NCBI GenBank assembly: GCA_030645735.1
Contig: JAUSNP010000006.1
Location: forward strand, 196,095 to 260,094
Length of the DNA stretch: 64,000 nucleotides
Direction of reading: 5' to 3'
Source: Candidatus Moraniibacteriota bacterium
GTDB taxonomy: Bacteria > Patescibacteriota > Minisyncoccia > Moranbacterales > UBA2206
The position numbers and the translations under genes were made by a program. Shown here piece by piece: positions 9,909 through 19,372 of the stretch. Each line of letters begins with the position of its first letter. Within the stretch, counting starts at the first letter, position 1. The notes beneath the pieces are model-generated. The model had not been told where the DNA came from, searched no databases, and saw only the letters and a program-made list of their open reading frames with translations.

Positions 9909-11009
9909 CTACAATAAGGTAGTTTTGTTTATCTTTTTAATCCAAAAGCCATTTGAACCCCAGAATGCCACATTTTTTCCATGGAAAAATAATTCTTTGT
10001 GTAAATCACTATAATTTCTGCTGATGTGTGCATTAGGCAATATAATTTCGAAATCCTTATTGCACGATAAAAAAGCTTGCAAAAGGTAACTCTCAGTCCA
10101 AAACATTCTAAAGGTTGGCGTTGTAAACAACGCCTTGCAATACTCGCGAGGTAAATCTATATCATGAAAATGAATAATCACTCCCTTATTTAAAATAGGT
10201 AATACTTCGAGTATTTCAAAATTAACATCACTTCCTGCCTTACAGACATGCGAAGAATCAATAAATAAGATATCATTTTCTTTAAGTCCAAGGAAAAACT
10301 CTGGATTAAGTAGCTCTACTGGTTGTTTTAGTACCGTAGTGCAATTAGGGTATCCATCTAAATCTACCAAAGAATATGGATCTACAATTGTGTAATTTTC
10401 ACATTTAAATCCATCCTTTTCATTTAATTTTACTGCCTCGCGAATAATCTTCGAGGAATTACCAGAGCCAATCTCAATTATTCTTCTGGGTTTATTTTCC
10501 CTTATCATAGAATGCAAAGCAGAAGCACATCCATAAGAAAAGCACCTATTATTTAAATAAAATTCCCTAGGATCGCTAGTTGGATCCTCACTCCACCTAC
10601 ACTCATCTGCCCATTTTGCAAGTTCTTTTAAATTATTTAAAAAAACATTATCATCGAACTTAATTCCGCTTAGCGCACTCACCTTGTCCCAAGCTTTTCT
10701 TTTTTCAAGTTCTTTTATATCTGGTATTGGTTGGTAAAAATGTACTGGTACAAGTAAAAAATTATTTTCTAAACATTTATCTGAATTATCTCCGGTAGTT
10801 GCCCAATCTTTTATCACCTCAATAATATCACCTATCTGTTCCTCATTTAATACCATTTTTTTTTCAACTTCTATACTTTGTTTATCTTTTTTTTGATTTA
10901 CCATTTGATTAAGAGCACTCGTAGAACTCTCTACCAATTTTGCTACATTTGAAGATAATTTCCCTAATCTGTTAAAGCCCTTTTTTTTAAAAAAATTAGT
11001 TATATGCAT
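9909..11009 (-). CDS. Class I SAM-dependent methyltransferase (Methyltransf_24-like)
   Basis: IIEIGSGNS, LFIDSSH, IHFHDI. Confidence 0.88.
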   Translation of the reverse strand: MHITNFFKKKGFNRLGKLSSNVAKLVESSTSALNQMVNQKKDKQSIEVEKKMVLNEEQIGDIIEVIKDWATTGDNSDKCLENNFLLVPVHFYQPIPDIKELEKRKAWDKVSALSGIKFDDNVFLNNLKELAKWADECRWSEDPTSDPREFYLNNRCFSYGCASALHSMIRENKPRRIIEIGSGNSSKIIREAVKLNEKDGFKCENYTIVDPYSLVDLDGYPNCTTVLKQPVELLNPEFFLGLKENDILFIDSSHVCKAGSDVNFEILEVLPILNKGVIIHFHDIDLPREYCKALFTTPTFRMFWTESYLLQAFLSCNKDFEIILPNAHISRNYSDLHKELFFHGKNVAFWGSNGFWIKKINKTTLL

Positions 11010-11025
11010 TGAATTTTTTTATTAA

Positions 11026-12153
11026 TTAACTCGCTTTTTTTCCCCATGTTCTTGTATTAACAATATTGGTGTAACTTTGGATTATTTTTATAACTTTTTC
11101 TGAAACATTATTATCCTGATAATCTTTCACGAGGTTTTTTCTTTCTGCAGAATGTGTCTTGACGGCGATTTCGATGGCACTCAACATATTGTCCGCATCA
11201 ATTCCGCCCAACACGATACTGCCAGCATCCAGTGCTTCTGGCCGCTCTTGGCTTGTTCTGATTGAAACGGCCGGAAAATTCAAAATTGCCGATTCTTCTG
11301 AAATCGTTCCACTATCCGACAACACGCAATAGGCATCTTTCTGCAATTTCACATAATCAAAAAATCCCAATGGCTCAACATTCCTAATCAAATCGTTGAA
11401 TTTGATATTTTTTTCAGCTATTTTTTTAGCAGTCCGCGGGTGTGTTGAAAAGATAATTGGCATTTGATATTTTTCTGCCACCGCATTCAAAGAATTTGCC
11501 AAGATTTCAAAATTATTCCCAACATCTAAATTTTCTTCCCTATGTGAACTAACAACGAAATATTTTTTTTCTGTAATGTCTAATTTTTCCAAAACATTTG
11601 ATTGCTCAATTTTTTCCTTATATGCGTGCAGAACTTCGGTCATTGGTGAGCCTGTCACATACACAAAGTCGTTTTTCATGCCTTCAGCAACCAAATATCT
11701 CCGAGCATTTTCCGTGTAGGCCAAATTAACATCGCTCACATGATCAATGATTTTCCGATTGATTTCTTCCGGTACATTGAAATCGAAACAGCGATTGCCA
11801 GCTTCCATATGGAAAATCGGAATCTTGAGTCTCTTGGCGGAAATTGCCGCCAAACCACTGTTGGTGTCACCGAGAATTAAAAGCGCATCAGGCTTTTCTT
11901 TGAGCATCACCTCATACGATTTTGCAATCACATTACCCATCGTTTGACCCAAATTTTCGCCAGGGGTTTCCAAATAATAATCCGGTTTTCGCAAATCAAA
12001 ATCTTTAAAAAAAACTTCGTTCAGATTATAGTCATAATTTTGCCCCGTGTGCACAAAAACAACCTCAAAAAAGTTTTCCATTTTCTGAATCGTCAGCGCC
12101 AGGCGAATAATTTCCGGCCGCGTGCCAACAATGACCATTACCTTTTTTTTCAT
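11026..12153 (-). CDS. Non-hydrolysing UDP-HexNAc 2-epimerase, WbjD/FnlC/WbvD type
   Basis: GTRPE, HTGQNYD, LGDTNS, HMEAGNRCFD..PEE.NR, SDSG..SEE. Confidence 0.92.
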   Translation of the reverse strand: MKKKVMVIVGTRPEIIRLALTIQKMENFFEVVFVHTGQNYDYNLNEVFFKDFDLRKPDYYLETPGENLGQTMGNVIAKSYEVMLKEKPDALLILGDTNSGLAAISAKRLKIPIFHMEAGNRCFDFNVPEEINRKIIDHVSDVNLAYTENARRYLVAEGMKNDFVYVTGSPMTEVLHAYKEKIEQSNVLEKLDITEKKYFVVSSHREENLDVGNNFEILANSLNAVAEKYQMPIIFSTHPRTAKKIAEKNIKFNDLIRNVEPLGFFDYVKLQKDAYCVLSDSGTISEESAILNFPAVSIRTSQERPEALDAGSIVLGGIDADNMLSAIEIAVKTHSAERKNLVKDYQDNNVSEKVIKIIQSYTNIVNTRTWGKKAS

Positions 12154-12157
12154 AAGT

Positions 12158-13027
12158 TTAGATATGCTTATTTAAAATAATTTGCTTATATTTTTCTTCA
12201 TGGTTGTCGATCCATTCAGACATCTCTTCAATCATCGTTTCATAAGTTGGAATCTGGAAATCAAAGTCGGTTCTGGAATTAATCAGACTCTTATTGCTCA
12301 CATATGCACTGTCTTCCTTGATGACAATATCCTTGCTCATATATTTTTTAAATAAATTGAGCAAGTCATATTTGTTTATTTTCTCATTATTCACCAAATG
12401 ATACAACCCTGTGACATTCCAATCAAAAGATTTTTCAATTGCCTTGGCCAATTCCAAAGTAGTTACACCCGTCCAAATTACCTTGCTAAAACCTTTGGTC
12501 TCGCCTTTTTGTTGCATGAACCAATTGAACAGCCCGAGGCCTTTTTCATTGACATCTGGCCCAACAATTGAAGTTCTAAATGTTACACTTCTTTCGTTAT
12601 TCACTTCCCCTAAAGACTTGGTTTTTCCATAAAAAGATGTGGCATCTGCAAAATCAGTTTCCCCATAATCTCCCTTTTCTCCTGAAAAAACACAGTCAGT
12701 GCTGATATGAACGAATTTGAATTGATATTTTTCAGAAAGCGAATCAATATAGTGAGGCAAAAATGAATTGATAAGCACTGCTCCAGATTTATTATCTTCT
12801 GCAAATTGATTCAAAACACCAATACAATTTATAACAAAATTTGGTTCTATTCTATCAATAATCACTTCCAACTCTTTGAAATCTCCGAGAACGTCAAAAA
12901 AACTATTTTTCTCCATAGTTTCTTTTCTGGTTGTAGCATAGACATCATATTCCTTTTCTTCCAAAAAAGTTTTAATCATATTCCCCGCCATGCCATCTGC
13001 GCCTAGAATTAATATTTTTTTATCCAT
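12158..13027 (-). CDS. RmlD-like SDR nucleotide-sugar 4-reductase (WbvR/QnlA-like)
   Basis: GADGMAG, HISTDCVFSG, YGKTK; 289 aa with no cupin extension. Confidence 0.85.
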   Translation of the reverse strand: MDKKILILGADGMAGNMIKTFLEEKEYDVYATTRKETMEKNSFFDVLGDFKELEVIIDRIEPNFVINCIGVLNQFAEDNKSGAVLINSFLPHYIDSLSEKYQFKFVHISTDCVFSGEKGDYGETDFADATSFYGKTKSLGEVNNERSVTFRTSIVGPDVNEKGLGLFNWFMQQKGETKGFSKVIWTGVTTLELAKAIEKSFDWNVTGLYHLVNNEKINKYDLLNLFKKYMSKDIVIKEDSAYVSNKSLINSRTDFDFQIPTYETMIEEMSEWIDNHEEKYKQIILNKHI

Positions 13028-13034
13028 ATTGTTT

Positions 13035-14030
13035 TTATTTGAATAAATCCAATTTAAGTAATATTTTTTTCATCCCATCGACATCTAGTCGCTCAGTATT
13101 GTGCGAATTATATTCGTCTATTTTATCAAATTCAACATTACCCGCATTTTCATAATTAGTATAATTCAGGGTACGATTATCCGGAAATATTCGATAGTAC
13201 TCTCCTAAATCAGCTGAACTAGCCATTTCTTCCTTTGTCACCAAGACTTCGAATAATTTTTCTCCGTGACGCGTACCGATGTTTTTGATGTTAACATCCG
13301 AATTTTTCAATTCTTTGATGGCTTTTGCCAAAACATCGATTGTGGCGGCTGGTGCTTTTTGCACAAATAAATCGCCTTGCTCCCCATGCTCAAATGCGTA
13401 CAAAACCAGATCCACTGCGTCTTCCGCAGTCATCATGAAACGCGTCATATCCGGATTAGTAATAGTGATTGGTCCACCATTTTCAATCTGTTCCACAAAC
13501 AATGGGATGACTGAACCGCGTGATCCCATCACATTGCCATAGCGCGTTCGACATATAACTGTCTCGTCTTTTCTCAAATTGCGCCCCTTGGCAACTGCCA
13601 CCTTTTCCATAAGAGCCTTTGTCATGCCCATTGCGTTGATTGGATAGGCGGCTTTGTCTGTGCTAAGCACGATAACCTTTTTGACTTTTTTATTTATTGC
13701 AGCTTCCAAAACATTATCAGTTCCAAGTATGTTCGTTTTGACAGCCTCGATTGGGAAGAATTCACAGGACGGAACTTGTTTCAAGGCCGCAGCATGAAAA
13801 ACATAATCGACGCCTTCCATTGCATTCTCAATACTGCGATAGTCGCGGACATCACCTATATAGAATTTGATTTTTTCATTGTTATATGCTATTCGCATAT
13901 CCTCCTGTTTTTTTTCATCTCGAGAAAATATTCTTATTTCCCTTAAATCAGACTCTAGAAATGTCTTCAATACTGCATTTCCGAAAGTCCCTGTTCCACC
14001 AGTTATTAATAAAATCTTATCGTTAAACAT
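13035..14030 (-). CDS. fnlA: UDP-GlcNAc 4,6-dehydratase/5-epimerase (FnlA/WbjB/Cap5E family)
   Basis: TGGTGTFG, SRDEKKQ, HAAALKQVPSCEF, STDKAAYP, RYGNV.GSRGSV. Confidence 0.92.
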   Translation of the reverse strand: MFNDKILLITGGTGTFGNAVLKTFLESDLREIRIFSRDEKKQEDMRIAYNNEKIKFYIGDVRDYRSIENAMEGVDYVFHAAALKQVPSCEFFPIEAVKTNILGTDNVLEAAINKKVKKVIVLSTDKAAYPINAMGMTKALMEKVAVAKGRNLRKDETVICRTRYGNVMGSRGSVIPLFVEQIENGGPITITNPDMTRFMMTAEDAVDLVLYAFEHGEQGDLFVQKAPAATIDVLAKAIKELKNSDVNIKNIGTRHGEKLFEVLVTKEEMASSADLGEYYRIFPDNRTLNYTNYENAGNVEFDKIDEYNSHNTERLDVDGMKKILLKLDLFK

Positions 14031-14055
14031 ATTTTTAAAAAATTATTTATTAGAA

Positions 14056-15357
14056 TTATTTTAATAGCCATTCATGTTTAATATCACAAAGGCCTCTATA
14101 TTTAGCTTTTAATCCTACTGCAAATATTTTTAATTCTTTATATTTTTGTTTCACATCATAGTAAATTTTTTCGCTATCGTCAAAGCAAGCAACGTTCAAA
14201 TAATAATCTCCTTTTAATATCGGCATACTATCAAAATGCAAAACGATATAGTCGCTCCTATTGCCAATTTCAAAATTATCCATCTGAGTATTATAACTAA
14301 AAATTCTTTCGTCTTTCTCAATTCCATAAAGGCCTATGCCAATATTAACACCATTAGCTTCCTTATTAATTTTATAATAAATTTTTATATCCACTGATTC
14401 ACCTGTTTCAAAAGCATTTTTTACTTTTCCGTCCTTATCCAAAAATTCAATGTTGGTTATTTCTGCGACTTTATTTTTTCTTTCTTCCTCCAATTTTATT
14501 TTTTCCAATTCGATTCTTTTCTTTTCAAATTCCAACTCCCGTCCCTTCATATTCTTCAGGTTTTTTTCCGCTTGAATGATTTTCTGTTTTTCAATTTCTT
14601 CCATTCGCCTTTCCTCATCTGACATATTTTCATAAACATAAGCATTGCCCACCTCTTCAGCCTTTCCAATTTTCACAATTTTTCCGTTGCGCAAAAGCAT
14701 TGCTCGATCACAATATCTCTGCACCGTGCCAGTATCGTGCGTCACTAAAATAACCGTTTTACCCATTTTCTTATAACGATTAAATTCCGTCAGACATTTA
14801 CTCTGAAAATTTGAATCTCCTACTGCCAATACCTCATCCATCAGCAAAATCTCACGATTAGCATGAATAGAAACTGAGAAAGCTAAACGCACTTGCATAC
14901 CAGAAGAATAATTTTTCAATTTTTGATCGATGAATCGTTCTAACTCTGAAAAAGCTACGATTGAATCAAATTTTTCATCAATCTGTTTTTTGGTCATTCC
15001 TAAGACAGTTGCATTTAGATATACATTATCTCGTCCAGAAAGCTCGGGATTGAAACCAATGCCCAATTCCAAAAATGGTGAAATCATGCCGTCTATTTCC
15101 ACTTTTCCTTTGTCGGCCTGATAGATGCCAGCCAAAACCTTCAAAAGTGTTGACTTACCTGAACCATTGCGACCAATGATACCAAAAAACTCACCTTTCT
15201 TCACTTCAAAAGAAACATCGTCCAATGCTTGAAATTCCTCAAAACCGCCACTCTTAAAAAGACCCGTGACCGCGCCACGCACAGAAGTCACCTTTTCATG
15301 AGGGATGCGGAAGGTTTTTGAGACATTTTTGACTGAAATAGCAATATCTTTATCCAT
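14056..15357 (-). CDS. wzt: Polysaccharide ABC exporter ATPase with C-terminal Wzt_C domain
   Basis: Walker A GRNGSGKST, YSSGM signature, LLMDEVLAVGD; start taken at MDKDIAISV. Confidence 0.93.
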   Translation of the reverse strand: MDKDIAISVKNVSKTFRIPHEKVTSVRGAVTGLFKSGGFEEFQALDDVSFEVKKGEFFGIIGRNGSGKSTLLKVLAGIYQADKGKVEIDGMISPFLELGIGFNPELSGRDNVYLNATVLGMTKKQIDEKFDSIVAFSELERFIDQKLKNYSSGMQVRLAFSVSIHANREILLMDEVLAVGDSNFQSKCLTEFNRYKKMGKTVILVTHDTGTVQRYCDRAMLLRNGKIVKIGKAEEVGNAYVYENMSDEERRMEEIEKQKIIQAEKNLKNMKGRELEFEKKRIELEKIKLEEERKNKVAEITNIEFLDKDGKVKNAFETGESVDIKIYYKINKEANGVNIGIGLYGIEKDERIFSYNTQMDNFEIGNRSDYIVLHFDSMPILKGDYYLNVACFDDSEKIYYDVKQKYKELKIFAVGLKAKYRGLCDIKHEWLLK

Positions 15358-15414
15358 TTTTCTATTGTACAACATTTTTTACCCCCTATCAAGCCGGGTT
15401 TTCAGATACTTTTT

Positions 15415-15444
15415 AACTTTATGGACTTTCGACTTTATGGACTT
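15415..15444. repeat. Solo right arm of the 9-mer inverted-array element
   Basis: AACTTTATGGACTTTCGACTTTATGGACTT. Confidence 0.8.
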
Positions 15445-15448
15445 ATCA

Positions 15449-15457
15449 TGCTATAAT
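15449..15457 (+). promoter_or_regulatory. Extended -10 promoter
   Basis: TGCTATAAT 12 nt before the ATG at 15470. Confidence 0.65.
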
Positions 15458-15469
15458 ACCAATGAAATT

Positions 15470-16846
15470 ATGAAAAAAATACATACAAAAATTATAATTA
15501 CTTTGGCGATTTTTGCGTTTTTGCTGTCTGCCAAAAGTGTCTCAGCAGCCGCATCCTGTTCTGCGATTTCAGTTGTTGGCGATTGGAATGGTGACGGGAA
15601 AACCAAGATCGGCATCTTTAGAAATGGCAATTGGTACTTAGATAGCGACGGGAATGGCAAACTTGAATATGATAAGGATATTATTGGAAAACTTGGCATG
15701 TTGTCTGGAGATGTTCCTATTGTTGGCGATTGGAATGGTGACGGGAAAACCAAGATCGGCATCTTTAGAAATGGCAATTGGTACTTAGATATAAATGGAG
15801 ATAGTCTGTGGGATGGTGGCTTAGTTGATATTCTTTCTCCCAATTTTGGAATTGAATTAGCATGCCCAGCAAATATTGGACCAGATATTTCTGTTGGACT
15901 TTGGAGCTATACTCGAGATGACATACGCTCAACTGGAGAACCTTTTAAGATCACTGCTAACAAGAACTATGTCATAAAAAAGGGTGACGGAACCATCATA
16001 GCCACTGTCATATCAACTCAGCAAACAAGAGCTATTTATGAAAGCGCTGGCAATCTGCAGGTCTATAGTACCGATGATGGCATTCCACTGACAAACATGG
16101 GTGATAGAATTATTTTTGAATCGGCAGACGGAAACAACACTGATATGATATTTGATGCCCATCGCCCATCAATTCCAACACCGGAATATAGCAACTACAA
16201 CCACTATCGCGGAAAAATAGAATTGCGCTACACGGATAATTCAAAAAACAATGCCATCTATGGAGATGGTGAGACTAAGCGTATCTGGGTAATCAACGAA
16301 CTGCCCCTCGAACACTACACTTGGGGCATGGCAGAGTTGAATCTTGCTAATGTGACCGAACATAATAAAGTGATGGTGAGCATTTTCAGAACTTACGGAA
16401 AAAGTAAAACAGAACTAATCACATATTACAACCAACTAGGTTTTGATTTGGTTTCAACTCCCTCCTCACAAAAATACAACGGCTATGACTATGAAATATC
16501 TCATCCCACGATAAAAAAGGCAGCTGAAGAAACCAGCGGTAAAATCATCACTTATCAAGGCAAGACTGCTCTCACGGCCTATTCCTCTTGGAGTGACGGA
16601 AGAACCAGAGCGCTAGATCTCAATCTCTATCCTTACCTGAAACCAGTTGATGATCCGTATGGCGACTACAATGGGGCTTATTGGAATAATGCCTACAAAA
16701 GTACCAGTGACCTTCTTGCTAGTGGAAATCACATGAAAGGTCTAATCGCGCATGGCTCCGTCACACTTGCCTATGACTTCCATTGGGATTGGCAAAGAAT
16801 TCTGAAATATTATTACACTGGGATAGGAATAACTTCGGCATATTAA
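15470..16846 (+). CDS. Secreted SpoIID/LytB-domain protein (putative peptidoglycan lytic transglycosylase) with FG-GAP-like repeats
   Basis: Signal peptide from MKKIHTK; 2x VGDWNGDGKTKIGIFRNGNWYLD; YRG.IE, INELPLEHY..G.AE, SQKYNG, ILKYYYTG. Confidence 0.8.
   Translation: MKKIHTKIIITLAIFAFLLSAKSVSAAASCSAISVVGDWNGDGKTKIGIFRNGNWYLDSDGNGKLEYDKDIIGKLGMLSGDVPIVGDWNGDGKTKIGIFRNGNWYLDINGDSLWDGGLVDILSPNFGIELACPANIGPDISVGLWSYTRDDIRSTGEPFKITANKNYVIKKGDGTIIATVISTQQTRAIYESAGNLQVYSTDDGIPLTNMGDRIIFESADGNNTDMIFDAHRPSIPTPEYSNYNHYRGKIELRYTDNSKNNAIYGDGETKRIWVINELPLEHYTWGMAELNLANVTEHNKVMVSIFRTYGKSKTELITYYNQLGFDLVSTPSSQKYNGYDYEISHPTIKKAAEETSGKIITYQGKTALTAYSSWSDGRTRALDLNLYPYLKPVDDPYGDYNGAYWNNAYKSTSDLLASGNHMKGLIAHGSVTLAYDFHWDWQRILKYYYTGIGITSAY
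15573..15791 (+). repeat. Perfect 72 bp intragenic direct repeat (15573-15644 = 15720-15791)
   Basis: Identical DNA for both FG-GAP-like repeats, offset 147 bp. Confidence 0.92.
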
Positions 16847-16852
16847 ATCTTT

Positions 16853-17398
16853 ATGAAAACATCTTCAAAAATTTTTAGCGTTCTGTTCCTAGGTGCTTTA
16901 ATTGTACTTGCCTATTTTGCCTTTCCCATCATAAAACAGCGTTATTTTACAGATGAGCCGGTCACGCCCGTGAAAATTAATATCTCCACGGATGATTCAA
17001 CCGCAACAGAAAACACTAATCCCAATGATCAGGCAAGTCCAGAGATTTCCGATGACACTGAACAAACAGATGGATCTATCCCAGTTGAGCAAATAGATGT
17101 TTTCAAAACTATCACCAAGCAAGATTGTCTAAATGAATGCTCCGCGTTCAAAAGCACTTCCGACAAAGAATATTGCCTACAAGTCTGCAGTTCATCCTCC
17201 TCTACTGAAAATAACACTCAATGTTCTGAGAAATCCGGATTGCAAAAAGACTATTGCCACAAAACTCTTGGTATTACAAACAAAGATTTCGAAGAATGCA
17301 AAAAAATAACCGACAAAAACATACAAGAATCATGCATAAACACAGTCACTGATAAAATTCTTGAGCGGAGCGATTCAACGGAAGATCGAAATCCCTAA
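16853..17398 (+). CDS. Membrane-anchored Cys-rich hypothetical protein
   Basis: N-terminal TM helix, acidic linker, 8 Cys in the C-terminal domain. Confidence 0.8.
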   Translation: MKTSSKIFSVLFLGALIVLAYFAFPIIKQRYFTDEPVTPVKINISTDDSTATENTNPNDQASPEISDDTEQTDGSIPVEQIDVFKTITKQDCLNECSAFKSTSDKEYCLQVCSSSSSTENNTQCSEKSGLQKDYCHKTLGITNKDFEECKKITDKNIQESCINTVTDKILERSDSTEDRNP

Positions 17399-17400
17399 AA

Positions 17401-17487
17401 ATGGCTGTTATTATCCCACTTGGCCAAAACCGCATCCTCGAAGACTCACTTGAAAACCAACCAAAATCCAACACGCTAGATTTCTAA
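17401..17487 (+). CDS. Possible 28-aa small ORF (MAVIIPLGQNRILEDSLENQPKSNTLDF)
   Basis: ATG 2 nt after the previous stop, ends before the terminator; no homology evidence. Confidence 0.25.
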   Translation: MAVIIPLGQNRILEDSLENQPKSNTLDF

Positions 17488-17507
17488 CCTCGCAAAAAAC
17501 TTTCCAC

Positions 17508-17536
17508 AAAAAAACGGAGTCGAACTCCGATTTTTT
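17508..17536. terminator. Bidirectional intrinsic terminator
   Basis: A7-CGGAGT-CGA-ACTCCG-A-T6 between convergent genes. Confidence 0.8.
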
Positions 17537-17541
17537 GTGTA

Positions 17542-18579
17542 TTATTGCAACTTACTTAATTCGTAATATTTTTGCTTAAGCGTAATTGAAATTTTTCTGA
17601 GATATTCTGATGTGGCATGCGCTTCATCTTCCGGATTTATTTTAGTATTTTTATATTTTTTCAATACCTCTGCATAAATTTTTTCAATTTCATCGACTGC
17701 CTTTTGAATACTGACAATTGATCGAATTTTTTTGGTCAGCTCAGCAGAATCAGCCGCGGCATATTTGTTTATTTCCTCATAAATCAATTCAGAATCTACT
17801 TCAGCATACATAGTTGATGTTCCGAAATTGAAATTATACAATCTTTCTACATTGTCTGCTGTAACCATTGGGCCAATGCCGTGCTCATTGCAAATCACCA
17901 CCGCAGCTCCAACAGCCAAAGCTTCAATAGCGCTTCTGCCGACTGCAAAAACCAAATCATAATTTACCAGCACCTCTTCCGGCTTATCAGTCTGATTGCC
18001 CGTAGCTAAACCAACAACATCCAAATCAATTCCAGCTCTGTCGCAAGCCTTGCGAACCAATGAGACATAATTATTTTCACCAGCGCGATTGTTGAAAATC
18101 AAAGCTTTTTTAGGTTTTTCCGGCAAAGACTCCCGCTGTTTGAAACGCTCCAAATCTACAAAATTATGCACCAAACGAATATCATTTTCCGGCACATGAT
18201 GTTCCTCAATAGATTTTTTCAAAGTCAACAAATCAACTATTGCATATTCCATGATTCTCGGATGAAGTGGCGGAGTTTCCTGCCAAGGCCTCCAGCCATG
18301 GCAAAAATATACAACTGGAACACCTGGAAAATACGTCAGAGCTGTCATAGTGTCCAAATGATGTTGTCCATGAATAATGTCAGGCCTCCAAGAAAGTTTT
18401 GCTAAATCATCAACTGTCTGGATTCCCTCTTGATTCATAATCTCACCCAAGGCGCCCACAAATGTGCTATAGGCAGCCACGGTGTGCCCGCGACGCATCA
18501 ATTCTTCAGCCACCTCTCTGACATACAACTCACTTCCAGTGCGCTTAGTTAGATTGTTGTTGGTTATCAAGATCTTCAT
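17542..18579 (-). CDS. Glycosyltransferase family 4
   Basis: MKILIT..GSE, PDIIHGQH, GRSAIEALAVG. Confidence 0.85.
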   Translation of the reverse strand: MKILITNNNLTKRTGSELYVREVAEELMRRGHTVAAYSTFVGALGEIMNQEGIQTVDDLAKLSWRPDIIHGQHHLDTMTALTYFPGVPVVYFCHGWRPWQETPPLHPRIMEYAIVDLLTLKKSIEEHHVPENDIRLVHNFVDLERFKQRESLPEKPKKALIFNNRAGENNYVSLVRKACDRAGIDLDVVGLATGNQTDKPEEVLVNYDLVFAVGRSAIEALAVGAAVVICNEHGIGPMVTADNVERLYNFNFGTSTMYAEVDSELIYEEINKYAAADSAELTKKIRSIVSIQKAVDEIEKIYAEVLKKYKNTKINPEDEAHATSEYLRKISITLKQKYYELSKLQ

Positions 18580-18630
18580 AATATTCCAATCATAGCATAT
18601 TTTCACCGAATTGTTCAAAAATCCTCAAAT

Positions 18631-18666
18631 TCTGTAGGGGTTCTGTAGGGGTTTCCCTCCTACAGA
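18631..18666. repeat. REP palindrome with duplicated left half, abutting the RAYT stop codon
   Basis: TCTGTAGGGGT-TCTGTAGGGGTTTCCCTCCTACAGA. Confidence 0.88.
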
Positions 18667-19305
18667 TCACTCTTCCAGCAAATATCTTCTCATCTCACTT
18701 CTGCGTTGATTTATTTCTTTCGCGTTTATATCAACAAATTCACTATAATCACTCCTGTCTTTAAATTGACTTAAAATAATTTCTGAATTACATAATTTTT
18801 CAACACTATCATCCAAGTAGTTTTTCAAACTTGATCTAAATTCTCTTGAATTATGAATAATATTGTTGCCATTAACATAAGCTGACAGGTACAATAAATA
18901 TTCATTGCTATTTACATGCACAGCCTTGAATCTTCCTTGAAATAATGAACCACTTCTTTTGTTCCTGTGATTAAAATATCCTGTATAGCCACCGCTAATG
19001 CGTTTCATAAATTCAGATATACCGCCATCTCTCAACTGTTTTAATATGAAATGAAAATGATTTGGAAGTAAATTATAGGCAATTATCTCAACCAATGCAT
19101 CATTCTGTAGGGGTTTCACCCCTACAGAGTTTGTTTTACTTTTTATATATAAACTAATGACTGGCTCAATTTGATTAAATTCTCTTATTGATTTAAGAAA
19201 TCTTGAATAATCATATTTGTCCAAAAAAATATCTCGCTTCTCCACTCCGCGATTAAATATATGATAATATTCTCCATTTACAAACTCAAAAGAAAAATTT
19301 CCCAT
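18667..19305 (-). mobile_element. REP-associated tyrosine transposase (RAYT, Y1/HUH, IS200-like)
   Basis: YYHIFNRG, HUH motif PNHFH, YTGYFN, GSLFQGRFK, likely catalytic Tyr in AYVNGN; flanked by GTAG-type palindromes. Confidence 0.92.
19104..19128. repeat. REP palindrome inside the RAYT coding sequence
   Basis: TCTGTAGGGGTTTCACCCCTACAGA, read in frame as SVGVKPLQ. Confidence 0.95.
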
Positions 19306-19326
19306 CTTTTTTGTTTTATTTTTATA

Positions 19327-19348
19327 TCTGTAGGGGTGAAACCCCTAC
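19327..19348. repeat. REP palindrome upstream of RAYT
   Basis: TCTGTAGGGGTGAAACCCCTAC. Confidence 0.92.
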
Positions 19349-19372
19349 GTTACCCACACATTATTATTTTTT

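Noticed and set aside
10981-10996. T/A homopolymer runs at the 5' end of the methyltransferase as a phase-variation tract
   Set aside because: Runs of 7-8 are common throughout this AT-rich window.
1856-17536. Similar CGGAG/CTCCG hairpins at 1861 and 17515 as island boundaries
   Set aside because: Both are fully explained as bidirectional terminators between convergent genes, and the similarity is short.
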